From a virus, in IMG/VR virus record IMGVR_UViG_3300031221_000001, positions 31,138-95,137 of that record: 64,000 nt of DNA; one strand, given 5' to 3'. Position numbers and translations under genes: made by a program. How positions within the stretch are numbered: the stretch's first letter is position 1; every line of letters begins with the position of its first letter. This document shows, piece after piece, positions 8,731 through 18,470 of the stretch. The notes beneath the pieces are model-generated. The model ran no database searches. It was not told the DNA's origin and worked only from the letters and a program-made list of their open reading frames with translations.

Positions 8731-9155
8731 TGCTGAAACAGCAAATTATACAGAGCAACATCTTTAAAGGATTTAAGGCAGAGATAAATTCTGCCGTTGG
8801 AGTGGTATTTGACAAATCTAACAAGATCCTAATAGGCCTATCAAATGACGACGATGATAGAAATGGAAAGTGGTGCTTTTTAGGAGGAGGAGTCGACGAA
8901 GGAGAAAGTCCTTTACAAGCAGCAATAAGAGAGGTTTATGAAGAAGGAGGTGTCTCAGTTACGCCATTAGCGATATCAATGATCGTACATCCGTCAAAAC
9001 CTACAGTAGGATTTTTTGTATTGAAATGCGATACAGATATGCCAGAAATGGTTAAGAACGAAGAGTTTGACGAAATGAAGTGGATTGAGGTGTCTAAGAT
9101 ACCAGAAACAATGCTTCCGTTGAACTTAGAAATATTGAAAATGATAGGTAAATAA
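8730..9155 (+). CDS. NUDIX hydrolase
   Basis: Nudix box GGVDEGESPLQAAIREVYEEGG preceded by GKWCFLGG. Confidence 0.9.
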   Translation: MLKQQIIQSNIFKGFKAEINSAVGVVFDKSNKILIGLSNDDDDRNGKWCFLGGGVDEGESPLQAAIREVYEEGGVSVTPLAISMIVHPSKPTVGFFVLKCDTDMPEMVKNEEFDEMKWIEVSKIPETMLPLNLEILKMIGK

Positions 9156-10120
9156 TGATATTTACGCCTCAACAGATCGTAGAAATATTACAAATCGTTG
9201 ACAGATACACTTTAACGTTTGTAGCACATCACGTAAGTCCAGACATTTTATCAGATCAAGACAAAGAAGTGTTACGTTCAAGTGGTATCGACTTGACAGG
9301 AATTCCTATTGACAGATCTAACGTCACTCAGGCATTCAAGTTTGGAATTTTAAGCACAACACTTCAAGATCCTACAGTCAGGTCTATGAGCTATCAACAA
9401 TTTAAGTCGTACCTGAGTAGTGGAAAAATGTTTAGCTTAAATCCGCTAGAACTTTCTGCATTAAACAATTTACAGTATCAAACATATAGAGATGTATCAA
9501 AACTGTCAGGGAAGGTCAAGGATGACATTACAGACACGCTAGTTCATGCAGACAGAAAGAATCATACAGTCAAACATTCCAAGACAGTAACAGATGCTGC
9601 AAGAAGAGCTGTTGAAAACAGAAAAGGCGTTGCAGATATTGTATCGACAATAGGACGAAAAACCGAAAAGTGGGATAAGGATTTAGGAAGAATAGCAGAC
9701 TTCACATTACATACAGCATTCGATGAGGGACGCGCTATGGGATACGTTAAGGAGGGAGGAGACCATGCGATCGTATATAAAGACGTGTACCCAGGAGCAT
9801 GTCCTCACTGCATAAGAGCATTTTTAAAAGGAGGAGCAGGTAGCGAACCTAAACTATTCAAAGTTAGTGAGCTTAGAGCTAACGGAACCAATGTTGGAAA
9901 AAAGGTTGGTGACTGGCTTCCAGTAATAGGACCTCATCATCCATGGTGCAGGTGTACTTTAATGGACACTCCTAGAGGATTTACAGTAGCAGACTACAAT
10001 GCAGGCAAATGGTATTGGAATGGCAAGGACTTTGAAAGAGATATGAGTAAGTTCGAAAGAAAAGTAAATAGAAACAGTAAAGTAAACGTAACCGTAAACA
10101 GCAAAACTACACAAATATGA
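9155..10120 (+). CDS. Head morphogenesis protein (Mu gpF / SPP1 gp7-like)
   Basis: RIADFTLHTA, ACPHC and PHHPWCRC motifs; head-module context. Confidence 0.75.
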   Translation: MIFTPQQIVEILQIVDRYTLTFVAHHVSPDILSDQDKEVLRSSGIDLTGIPIDRSNVTQAFKFGILSTTLQDPTVRSMSYQQFKSYLSSGKMFSLNPLELSALNNLQYQTYRDVSKLSGKVKDDITDTLVHADRKNHTVKHSKTVTDAARRAVENRKGVADIVSTIGRKTEKWDKDLGRIADFTLHTAFDEGRAMGYVKEGGDHAIVYKDVYPGACPHCIRAFLKGGAGSEPKLFKVSELRANGTNVGKKVGDWLPVIGPHHPWCRCTLMDTPRGFTVADYNAGKWYWNGKDFERDMSKFERKVNRNSKVNVTVNSKTTQI

Positions 10121-10326
10121 AAAGAGTGTTAATAGCAATTAAAGAATGGTGGAACAGAAACAAAATCTTGAAGCAAGAGAATCAAATTCTCAAGAACAAG
10201 TTAGTGCAAAGAGATCGTCAACTGATAATGGCATCAATCAACTACTCATCGGTTAAGGATCAACTCTCTGAAGCACAGCAAGAGCTGATTGTGAAAGAAT
10301 TACATATTGCATTGTTAAAAAAATAA
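10117..10326 (+). CDS. Small coiled-coil hypothetical protein
   Basis: 69 aa ORF with ATGA overlap. Confidence 0.6.
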   Translation: MKRVLIAIKEWWNRNKILKQENQILKNKLVQRDRQLIMASINYSSVKDQLSEAQQELIVKELHIALLKK

Positions 10327-10344
10327 ACTTTTAGGACAGTTAGG

Positions 10345-10376
10345 TTGGTGACTTGTGTATGAAATAGGTATATTTG
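10345..10376 (+). promoter_or_regulatory. Bacteroidota-type promoter (TTG-N21-TATATTTG)
   Basis: Exact TAnnTTTG -7 element at 10369-10376. Confidence 0.55.
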
Positions 10377-10696
10377 TAACCAATAAGAACAGTTTAATAA
10401 ACTTAAAGATGAAAACGATAATCTTAAAATCAGCAGACAACTCAATCAAATCAGAAGTCAAAGTAGATATTTTTGCAACCACTGCAGAATTGCAAGTTCC
10501 AGGATTCGATACTAGATTTACTGGAATGGAAATTGTAGACGATGAAGCTGCAATTGTGGCAGGAATTAATGTGAGAAACATTGAATACAACTGGCAATCT
10601 CTAGTTGCTCTTGCTCAAGAAAACAACCTATCATTATTTGTAATAGATCTCAATGGATCTGAAAGTGGTCCGGTAGAAGTTGTGGAAGCTCCATAG
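10355..10696 (+). CDS. Hypothetical protein (likely start ATG 10409, MKTIILKSA)
   Basis: ORF downstream of the promoter motif. Confidence 0.65.
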   Translation: MYEIGIFVTNKNSLINLKMKTIILKSADNSIKSEVKVDIFATTAELQVPGFDTRFTGMEIVDDEAAIVAGINVRNIEYNWQSLVALAQENNLSLFVIDLNGSESGPVEVVEAP

Positions 10697-10698
10697 CA

Positions 10699-11484
10699 AT
10701 GCGTGATCGCAAAATGAATAGTAATCGAAAAATTGAAAGTATGTTTACTGGATTTTGGGGCACAGTTAAAACACTAAAGCCCTCTCACATATTTATTGTT
10801 GTTTTATTAGGTCTATTAGCATATACTTTAATTAATGGAGGATTTAACTACTTAACTGAACAATCGAAAAACAAGCTGAAACAAGAGCTTGCTACTGAAA
10901 TTGTACAGCTACAAGAAGAAAATCGGAGAATTAAAGACTCAATAACTAGAGACAGGCAGATAAGAGAACAAAATCAAAGTAGAATTAATGTAGATAAGAT
11001 TTACGAGTTGATGGACGAGATTGAAAGAAACATTCCGTCAGCAAACAGTATTTCAATATACTACATTCACGATTCAGGTGGTGTGCCTAAAAGTGGTGTA
11101 CCACTTAAAGCAACTGTCCTTTATGAAAAAAGAGACAAAGAGGTTCCTTCATTAAAAAAATACTGGAAATCAGAGCCTATACCAGAAGGATTTTTCTACT
11201 ACAACAAATTTATATATGATTACAGAGAAAAATACGTCTCAGACGTAACTCAAGAAAAGAAAATTTACGTAGAAGAAACGATTGAATTATTGTCGAGATA
11301 TAAGACTAAAGCTATGTACGGAGTGTTTATAGAACAAAGCACTGCAGGAACGTATTACTTGAATTTCGGATTTCCTAAAACAGATCCGTTTGAAGAGGAT
11401 AGATACATAAAATATCGAGTGTTAGAATACGCAAAAAGAATCAGGCCGTTACTTCAAGTAGCAGAGGCTTCAATACTAAATTAA
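10699..11484 (+). CDS. Single-pass membrane protein with coiled coil and possible GAF-like domain (T4 gpT holin-like topology)
   Basis: TM segment IFIVVLLGLLAYTLI, coiled coil, then an alpha/beta domain beginning ANSISIYYIHDSG. Confidence 0.45.
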   Translation: MRDRKMNSNRKIESMFTGFWGTVKTLKPSHIFIVVLLGLLAYTLINGGFNYLTEQSKNKLKQELATEIVQLQEENRRIKDSITRDRQIREQNQSRINVDKIYELMDEIERNIPSANSISIYYIHDSGGVPKSGVPLKATVLYEKRDKEVPSLKKYWKSEPIPEGFFYYNKFIYDYREKYVSDVTQEKKIYVEETIELLSRYKTKAMYGVFIEQSTAGTYYLNFGFPKTDPFEEDRYIKYRVLEYAKRIRPLLQVAEASILN

Positions 11485-11485
11485 G

Positions 11486-13054
11486 ATGAACAGTCAATTT
11501 AACACAGTCCTTTCAATCGAATTAATCAAGGCTAAGTCTAGTGGCGGCAAGTCTGTGATGAAGATGAAAGGAATTGCATCCACTCCCTCATTAGATAGTG
11601 ACGGAGAGTACTTAGATCCGAAAGGGTTCGAAGTTGAATACTTTTTGAAGTACGGATTTATGAATTGGAATCATCAAACCAACAGTGATCCTTTATCTGT
11701 AGTAGGAAAGCCTTTATCAGCAAAGGTGAATCGAAATGGAGATTTTGAAATAGAGTTTGAGCTGTTTGAGAAGAGCGCAAAAGCTATTCAAATTTACGAG
11801 CTACAAAAGATTCTTGAAAATCAAGGAATGTCTCTAGGACTATCAATTGAAGGTAAGGTAATAGAGAGAAATCCAAAAGACAACAGGATAGTAACTAAGG
11901 CTCAAATAACAGCATGTGCAATAACTCCTAACCCAAAGAACCAAGATACAGTCACTTCGATCATAAAAGGTCAAGGATTTAACAAACTTTCTGCATACGA
12001 CGAAATGTCAGAGGAGGAAAGAGAAAAGGCATTGATGGCCGGAAGTAGTAGTGGATCTGCACTGTCTAAGGAATCTCTCAATGGGAGTGTTAAAGAAATT
12101 GAGAAAAAAACTTTTAGTAAAGCCAAGTTCTTTGATAAAGTTTTCAGAAAGTTACCCTCGATTTCTATAAGAGGTGCACAAAAGATGTACGAATTAACTT
12201 ACAAAATTGAAAAATCATTAATTATGTCAGAAGAGAATAAACAAAAAGAAGGGTTCGTGTCTGAAGAGGCTATTCAGAAAGCACTTGAAATATTAGAGCT
12301 CCAAGAACCTGAGGCGAAACAAACGCCAGAAGGAACTGAAATGCCAGCAGCACAACAATCGCAAGAGTCTGCTGACCAAGAAGAAGAGGTTTCTGTTAAA
12401 GAGTCTAAACAAGAACACGCTCAATCTTCAGCTACTGAAGAAGAAGAGACTGAAGAAGAAGAGACTGAAGAAGAAGATGTAGATCATAGAGACGCTGCTT
12501 TAGTAAAGGCAAGATTGACAATTGAAGAATTGTCAAAAGCGCTAGAAGTAAAGACGCCGTCAAAGAAAGATCCAGAGCCAGAGATTCAAAAGTCAATTGA
12601 AACAGAAACTCCTACACAGTCAGACAACGTATTGTTGAAAGGAATTGGTGAACTTCTAAAAGGTGAAATTAGTGGATTCAAGTCAGAAATTGATAAGAAG
12701 TTTCAAGCAGTTGGAACATTGACTAAGTCGATGACAGACCAAAACGCTGAACTTTTTAAAAGAATCACTAACCTAGAGAAAGAGCCTCAGGGAAGAAAAA
12801 GCATAACCACACAATCGTATGTGGAAAAAAGCTTTGGAGACGGTGACATAAAAAAAGGAGCACAAGAAGATCAGTTAAGCATCTCTCGACACAAAAGACA
12901 AATTTGTGATTTATTGACTAAGTCAATTACAGGAGATGAAGGAATTACTGATCAGAGAACTGCTAGTGAGATCATGGCTTTTGAACAAGCAGGTCACGTA
13001 AGTAAGGGCTTAATTCAAAAAGCAAAAGATTTAGGGTACGCACTAACCAAATAA
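11486..13054 (+). CDS. Prohead protease with fused scaffold domain
   Basis: GIASTPSLDSDGE, NWNH, GLSIEG and AITPNPKN are HK97-type protease motifs; long acidic C-terminus; directly upstream of MCP. Confidence 0.9.
   Translation: MNSQFNTVLSIELIKAKSSGGKSVMKMKGIASTPSLDSDGEYLDPKGFEVEYFLKYGFMNWNHQTNSDPLSVVGKPLSAKVNRNGDFEIEFELFEKSAKAIQIYELQKILENQGMSLGLSIEGKVIERNPKDNRIVTKAQITACAITPNPKNQDTVTSIIKGQGFNKLSAYDEMSEEEREKALMAGSSSGSALSKESLNGSVKEIEKKTFSKAKFFDKVFRKLPSISIRGAQKMYELTYKIEKSLIMSEENKQKEGFVSEEAIQKALEILELQEPEAKQTPEGTEMPAAQQSQESADQEEEVSVKESKQEHAQSSATEEEETEEEETEEEDVDHRDAALVKARLTIEELSKALEVKTPSKKDPEPEIQKSIETETPTQSDNVLLKGIGELLKGEISGFKSEIDKKFQAVGTLTKSMTDQNAELFKRITNLEKEPQGRKSITTQSYVEKSFGDGDIKKGAQEDQLSISRHKRQICDLLTKSITGDEGITDQRTASEIMAFEQAGHVSKGLIQKAKDLGYALTK
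12434..12477 (+). repeat. 15 bp tandem repeat ACTGAAGAAGAAGAG x3 (TEEEE)
   Basis: Direct inspection. Confidence 0.9.
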
Positions 13055-13136
13055 GAGTACCTTTATCAAAAATATTAAAGACTGTATAAATTAACTGAAT
13101 GATTGGAAGCAAAAACTTTAATAAAACAAATTACCA

Positions 13137-14663
13137 ATGGAAAACATGTCAGTAAATCTTGCAGACTATCAGCACGGTTCTGGTTTTGGTGATTCAGCAA
13201 TGAATCAAGCTAACCTAAGCACTGAACAACTTAGTGAGTTAAACAAAGCACTTGAAGCAGGACAACTGCAAGGTGGTGATTTAACTGGAGATCAGTCAAG
13301 TGGTGGAGCACTAAAAACAGAAAGCCTCGAAAGCTCTTTAAAACTTATCACCTTCAAAGAAAGTGATATTCGTTTTTGGAAACGCTTTCCTAAAAGTGCT
13401 GCATTCAACACAGTTGAAGAGTATAATCAATTAACTAGCTACGGTACCGATCGTGGAGGATTCAACAACGAAGGCGAACTGCCCGAAGAAGAAGACTCTA
13501 ATTACATACGTAAGGCTGAGCACGTCAAGTACTTAGGCGTAACGAAGTCTGTGACTCACCAAATGCAGTTAGTGAACACTAACATCGGATCTGTTATTCA
13601 GAGAGAGACTACAAACGGAATTATGTGGATCTTGAGAAAAGCAGACAGAGCCTTATTTCACGGAGACTCAGAGGTCGTAGGTCAAGAGTGGAATGGTCTA
13701 TATGCACAGCATATGAACAACGATCAGTACGCAAACCTAGACGAGTATATGGACTCTGATTTAGTGATCGACTTACGTGGCAAGACACTAAAACAAACCG
13801 ATCTTGAGAGAGGGTCTCAAACACTATTGAACAAATTTGCACAAGCAGACTTGTTAGTGGCTCCTCCAGTTGTACTTTCTGATTTCGCTACAGGATTTTA
13901 TGACAAGCAACGTGTTATGCTTGGAGGTGGTGCGAACAACACCAACACAACTTCTGGACAGCACATGAGCAACTTCCAGTCTATGTACGGGAAGATAGAG
14001 TTTGAATACGATATTTTCGCTGCAAAATCTCCAGCAAAGCTTCCAAGTGCAAACGCAACATCGCCAAAAGCACCTAGTGCACCTACTGCTGACGGAACAG
14101 CTCCAGCAACAGTAATTACTTCAGATGGATCAAGTAAGTTTGCTGATGGGAAAGGAGATTACTTCTATGGAGTAGCTGCAATGAACAGATATGGTGAATC
14201 AGCAATCGCTCAAATTGGAGGCACTGTAACAGTTGCAAACAATGACGACTCAGTCGATCTCAAATTTGCTGCAACAGCAGGTCCTTATCAACCAAACGCT
14301 TACATCATATTTAGATCAAAAGTCAATCCAGGAACAGCATTTGCTAACACACCAATGTCTCCTATCATAGTAATTCCAGCGACAGGAAACGACGTTAAGA
14401 GAGGATCTCTTGCTAACGGAGTTGATGGTGGAGCTGCAGGTATCGTAAGAGATAGAAACAGATACCTTCCAGGAACACAAGACAGTTTACTATTGCAAGC
14501 AGACACTGACGTGATTGAATTTAAACAATTGGCACCTTTAATGAAAATGCCACTTGCTAAGTTGAGTCCAGCCGATAGATTTATGGTACTATTGTATGGT
14601 ACTCCTATCGTGTACGCACCAAGTAAAATGGTCAGATATATAAATATTGGTAGAGAATTTTAA
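13137..14663 (+). CDS. Major capsid protein (SPO1/Twort-like)
   Basis: GALKTESLE, TVEEYNQ, F.NEGELP and KYLGVTKSVT resemble Herelleviridae MCP; follows the protease and precedes a strong terminator. Confidence 0.92.
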   Translation: MENMSVNLADYQHGSGFGDSAMNQANLSTEQLSELNKALEAGQLQGGDLTGDQSSGGALKTESLESSLKLITFKESDIRFWKRFPKSAAFNTVEEYNQLTSYGTDRGGFNNEGELPEEEDSNYIRKAEHVKYLGVTKSVTHQMQLVNTNIGSVIQRETTNGIMWILRKADRALFHGDSEVVGQEWNGLYAQHMNNDQYANLDEYMDSDLVIDLRGKTLKQTDLERGSQTLLNKFAQADLLVAPPVVLSDFATGFYDKQRVMLGGGANNTNTTSGQHMSNFQSMYGKIEFEYDIFAAKSPAKLPSANATSPKAPSAPTADGTAPATVITSDGSSKFADGKGDYFYGVAAMNRYGESAIAQIGGTVTVANNDDSVDLKFAATAGPYQPNAYIIFRSKVNPGTAFANTPMSPIIVIPATGNDVKRGSLANGVDGGAAGIVRDRNRYLPGTQDSLLLQADTDVIEFKQLAPLMKMPLAKLSPADRFMVLLYGTPIVYAPSKMVRYINIGREF

Positions 14664-14682
14664 TCGCCAATCAACACTATTC

Positions 14683-14711
14683 AAAACCCGATCTAAAATA
14701 GATCGGGTTTT
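14683..14711 (+). terminator. Rho-independent terminator after MCP
   Basis: AAAACCCGATCTA-aaa-TAGATCGGGTTTT. Confidence 0.9.
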
Positions 14712-14759
14712 ATTGTTTAATTTTATGTATATTTAGATCTAACTTAAAAACTGTAAACA

Positions 14760-15203
14760 ATGGCATTTATTAAATCCAACAAGATTGATGAAAGAGCAAA
14801 ATCAAGAAGCACACCCTTCGGACAAATTAGCTTTGACGAGAAAGGTGTAGCTGAAGTAGAGCAGTCAGTAGCTGATCACTTATGTAAAATCTCTCCATCA
14901 TTAACACTAGTGTCAGATCAAGGATCGAGCACACCAGAAACAGACACACCAGAAACAGACACACCAGAAACAGACATCGCTTCAACTCCAAAAGTTGAAA
15001 ACGCTATCCAAGAATCTGTAGAAGAGGAAAGCAAAGATCAGTTAGATGAGGTACGTCAATCATTAGATCACAAATCTATGTCTGAAATTCGTCAAATTCT
15101 TAAAGACGCAGGAATAGAAGAGGAGGAGTTTGAAAAAGAAGAATTTAAAGGTAAAGAAGGAAAGCCTGCCTTAATCGAATTTGTAATCCAGAAATTGCAC
15201 TAA
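14760..15203 (+). CDS. Hypothetical protein (post-capsid gene)
   Basis: 147 aa, acidic, with a TPETD repeat. Confidence 0.75.
   Translation: MAFIKSNKIDERAKSRSTPFGQISFDEKGVAEVEQSVADHLCKISPSLTLVSDQGSSTPETDTPETDTPETDIASTPKVENAIQESVEEESKDQLDEVRQSLDHKSMSEIRQILKDAGIEEEEFEKEEFKGKEGKPALIEFVIQKLH
14931..14975 (+). repeat. 15 bp tandem repeat ACACCAGAAACAGAC x3 (TPETD)
   Basis: Direct inspection. Confidence 0.95.
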
Positions 15204-15214
15204 GAACAAATTTA

Positions 15215-15997
15215 ATGGCTACATTAAAATATCTAGTTCGGTCAAATAAAAACGATTCGTTAATTTCACCAAGTGAATTGACGAATCGTTATTTCTTTGG
15301 CATACCAATCATTGATCAAGGAGGCAATGTAATGAGTGAGGAGTCTCTTAACTTTTACATTCAGTCTGCAACTAAGTCTATCGAAGGACTGATCAATTCA
15401 AAGTTAAAAAAACAAGTGATTGAAGAGTCACTAAGTTATCACATAAATGACTATAAGAGTTGGGGATTTATACCAACTAGCTTTCCTGTAATAAAAGCAC
15501 ATTCATTGACAGGATTTATAGGCAACGTTCAGCAAATAGAATTTCCACCAGAATGGCTGTCTGCAAAGAGAACCACTGACGAAGGAGGATATCATAGAGC
15601 GATTTATCTAATACCTACGACTGGTGCTGCAAAAAGTAATAGTGTAGTGTATAGCGGAATTTCTCCACAATTAGGATGGTTTGGTCAAAAAACGGTACCT
15701 AATTATTGGACAATAAAATACTGTACATCGTTTGAAAATGTACCAGAAGATATCATCGACGCTGTAGGAAAGCTCGCTGCAATTAACGTGTTTCACCAGT
15801 TAGGAGACATAATTTTAGGTGCAGGTATCGCCTCACAATCAATAGGGATTGATGGACTCAGTCAAAGCATTTCAACAACATCATCAGCAACAAATGCTGG
15901 GTACGGTGCTAGAATAACTGGATACTTGACGGATCTAAAACAAGCTAAGGTCGATCTAAAAGAGAAGTACGACGGAATAGTTTTCGGAGTGCTGTAA
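15215..15997 (+). CDS. Head-tail adaptor / neck protein
   Basis: GAGIASQSIGIDGLSQSISTTSSATNAGYGARI is a Twort-like adaptor signature; synteny. Confidence 0.75.
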   Translation: MATLKYLVRSNKNDSLISPSELTNRYFFGIPIIDQGGNVMSEESLNFYIQSATKSIEGLINSKLKKQVIEESLSYHINDYKSWGFIPTSFPVIKAHSLTGFIGNVQQIEFPPEWLSAKRTTDEGGYHRAIYLIPTTGAAKSNSVVYSGISPQLGWFGQKTVPNYWTIKYCTSFENVPEDIIDAVGKLAAINVFHQLGDIILGAGIASQSIGIDGLSQSISTTSSATNAGYGARITGYLTDLKQAKVDLKEKYDGIVFGVL

Positions 15998-16008
15998 AAA
16001 ATTACAAC

Positions 16009-16827
16009 ATGGACAATCTATCAGGAAACAGCTATATTCAAGCCACTCCAGTCAACACACAAGGAAAGGCTAGAGTCGATCTAGCTAAGAGCGATTTTGA
16101 TGCAATTATCTGGCAGAAAGGATATGACGTGTTGCTGGATAGAGCAATTAAGTGTCCTTGTAGAAATGTTGCTGACAATCAAGGATTGTCAGACTGCAAG
16201 AATTGTGGAGGTAGTGGATGGTGCTTTATCAATAGAAAGGCCACTAGGATGGTTCTTCAGTCAATGAACAAAGACACACAGTTTAAGGAGTGGAGCATGG
16301 AAAGATTAGGCACCACTAGAATTTCTTGTTTAAACGAAGAAAGAATATCCTACATGGATAGAATTACTGTGACAAGTGCGACAGTGACCACATCACAAAC
16401 AGTTCACTTTAAAGAGCATAGTGACGGTGTATTTAGAGCAGCGATTATATATCCGATAAAGAAATTAATTTATAGCTTCCTATTTAAAGGATCACAAACA
16501 CCCTTATTCAGAGCAGTAGAAGGAACGGATTTCGATATTGTAGATGGGAATTGGATTGAGTTAAAAAGTCAGCACAATCAAGATCATCCTACAATGTCTT
16601 TGAGATATGAACACAATCCGATGTATCACATACTAGATACAAATAGAGATGTAATGACAAGTAAAAAGTCTATCTCAGGCAAAAATGTCAAGAACAACTA
16701 TCCTGTCTCAGGAATAGCAAAACTAGCTCATTACGTGTTAGATGAACAAAGCTTCAATGGAGATTTTTTACTCGACAATAGCTTTGAGGAAAATTGCAAA
16801 GATAAATATACAGACAAACAGTGCTAA
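16009..16827 (+). CDS. Neck / head-closure protein with a Zn-finger
   Basis: KCPC...CKNCGGSGW; synteny with SPO1-like neck genes. Confidence 0.7.
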   Translation: MDNLSGNSYIQATPVNTQGKARVDLAKSDFDAIIWQKGYDVLLDRAIKCPCRNVADNQGLSDCKNCGGSGWCFINRKATRMVLQSMNKDTQFKEWSMERLGTTRISCLNEERISYMDRITVTSATVTTSQTVHFKEHSDGVFRAAIIYPIKKLIYSFLFKGSQTPLFRAVEGTDFDIVDGNWIELKSQHNQDHPTMSLRYEHNPMYHILDTNRDVMTSKKSISGKNVKNNYPVSGIAKLAHYVLDEQSFNGDFLLDNSFEENCKDKYTDKQC

Positions 16828-16830
16828 TAA

Positions 16831-17598
16831 ATGATTGATCTTCAAATAGACACTAGAGCTCTTTCAGAAGAGTTCAGCATGACACAGCAAGACGTTGATG
16901 GAATGTCTGAGTTCGTTGTCGACGAAGTGACTGCTGCATTTGCTAGAAAGTGGGACAATCAAGCAAAAACAAACTTAAACAGCACTAGAGAGCAGTATAG
17001 AAACGCTCTTCAAGTAAGTAAAAGAGGTAGATTTACAGGAGTGGTGTCATTGAATCCTGCAGTATGGATAGCCAATGCATTAGAGATGGGAGCTAGTTCA
17101 TATGATATGAAAACAGGACTTCTCAACTCATCTAAGGTAAAATATACCAGTAAAGGAAAGCCTTACATAACGGTACCTTTTAGATTTGCGACTGCAGGAT
17201 CTGTTGGAGAAAGCTCTTTGTTCGCAGGAGTAATGCCAACAACGATCTCAAATCAAGTTCAACAGGCACCGCCAAAATCTAGCTTAAAGATGGAGCAAAT
17301 TCCATCACAATATCACATGCCTAAAAGTGCTTCGTTGAGAAATAGACTAAGAAGTAGAGGATTTTCTCAAATGGAAAGAAACACTAAAGTGACTTCAATT
17401 TATGAAGGACTTCAAAGAAACAGTAAAGGGTCTGGGTATGTAATGTTCAGAAGAGTAAGTTTAAACAGTGATGCAGATAGATTTATTCATCCAGGATTTG
17501 AACCTAGAATGTTGGCTGATAAGGCATTAAACAATATGAACGTCCCACAAGTAGTAGACGTAGCAATAGACAACTACTTAGCAAATTTAGGAATGTAA
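16831..17598 (+). CDS. Neck / tail-completion protein
   Basis: YITVPFR and YVMFRRVS...FIHPG patterns; synteny. Confidence 0.6.
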   Translation: MIDLQIDTRALSEEFSMTQQDVDGMSEFVVDEVTAAFARKWDNQAKTNLNSTREQYRNALQVSKRGRFTGVVSLNPAVWIANALEMGASSYDMKTGLLNSSKVKYTSKGKPYITVPFRFATAGSVGESSLFAGVMPTTISNQVQQAPPKSSLKMEQIPSQYHMPKSASLRNRLRSRGFSQMERNTKVTSIYEGLQRNSKGSGYVMFRRVSLNSDADRFIHPGFEPRMLADKALNNMNVPQVVDVAIDNYLANLGM

Positions 17599-18272
17599 TG
17601 GCAATAATGATACCAGAGCTAGTGTTGTTCAATATCGTGAACAATCTAGTCGAATATTTAGGAACCAATTTTACAGAAGAATCTGATGAAACTAAAACGT
17701 TTTTACACAGAATCTTTAAGGGAAGTGTGCACGACAAAAAAGATTACTACGATCAAGCAGTAGCGTTGTTTACTAGAAAAAATGACAACCCGAGAAGTGT
17801 AAGAACTAGGCTGTTTTTTGATGCAGAAAGAGCTAAAATACCGACCGTCCACATAACAATGCCTGCAGACAGTAATGGAGAAGACTCGATTGGAGTAGGA
17901 GAGAGCGGAATGCCAGAATCTATGTATGAAGACAGCACTTCTCTAACCCCAAGTTACGAAAGAAGATTTGACACAACATTTCAGATCATATGTACTTCAG
18001 ACAACCATTCAGAGGTGTTAATAATGTATCACGCAATTCGTGCAGGGCTGATTAGCATATTCGACACAATAAGCTTATCAGGTCTTGAAAATGCAAAAAT
18101 TAGTGGTCAAGAACTCAGAATTAAATCGGACCTTGTGCCAGAAAACATATTTATGAGGGGGATAGGAATAGCGTCCTCTTATGAAGTTAAGGTTCCTAGA
18201 TTGTGGAGTGAACAGAAAATCGTAGATCTCTTCATATGTCCAGATCAACCTAAAATTAAATTAGATGAGTAA
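17598..18272 (+). CDS. Tail terminator-like protein
   Basis: Position before the sheath gene; 224 aa. Confidence 0.55.
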   Translation: MAIMIPELVLFNIVNNLVEYLGTNFTEESDETKTFLHRIFKGSVHDKKDYYDQAVALFTRKNDNPRSVRTRLFFDAERAKIPTVHITMPADSNGEDSIGVGESGMPESMYEDSTSLTPSYERRFDTTFQIICTSDNHSEVLIMYHAIRAGLISIFDTISLSGLENAKISGQELRIKSDLVPENIFMRGIGIASSYEVKVPRLWSEQKIVDLFICPDQPKIKLDE

Positions 18273-18468
18273 GAAAATTAAAAAAGTAACAGCAAAGCAG
18301 TTTTCGTCAATGATAGGAATATCTAATAGAGGGAAGTTTTACGTAAACAAAATGCTATCGAACGAAAAAGCGTCACTCAAAGAGTGGTCAAATACATTTA
18401 TTAAAATTGGTTTAATCGAAAAGGAGCCTTCAATAGTAACTAATCAAAGCTCCAATAACAACAAATAA
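18265..18468 (+). CDS. Small basic hypothetical protein
   Basis: 67 aa ORF immediately before the sheath gene. Confidence 0.65.
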   Translation: MSKKIKKVTAKQFSSMIGISNRGKFYVNKMLSNEKASLKEWSNTFIKIGLIEKEPSIVTNQSSNNNK

Positions 18469-18470
18469 AC

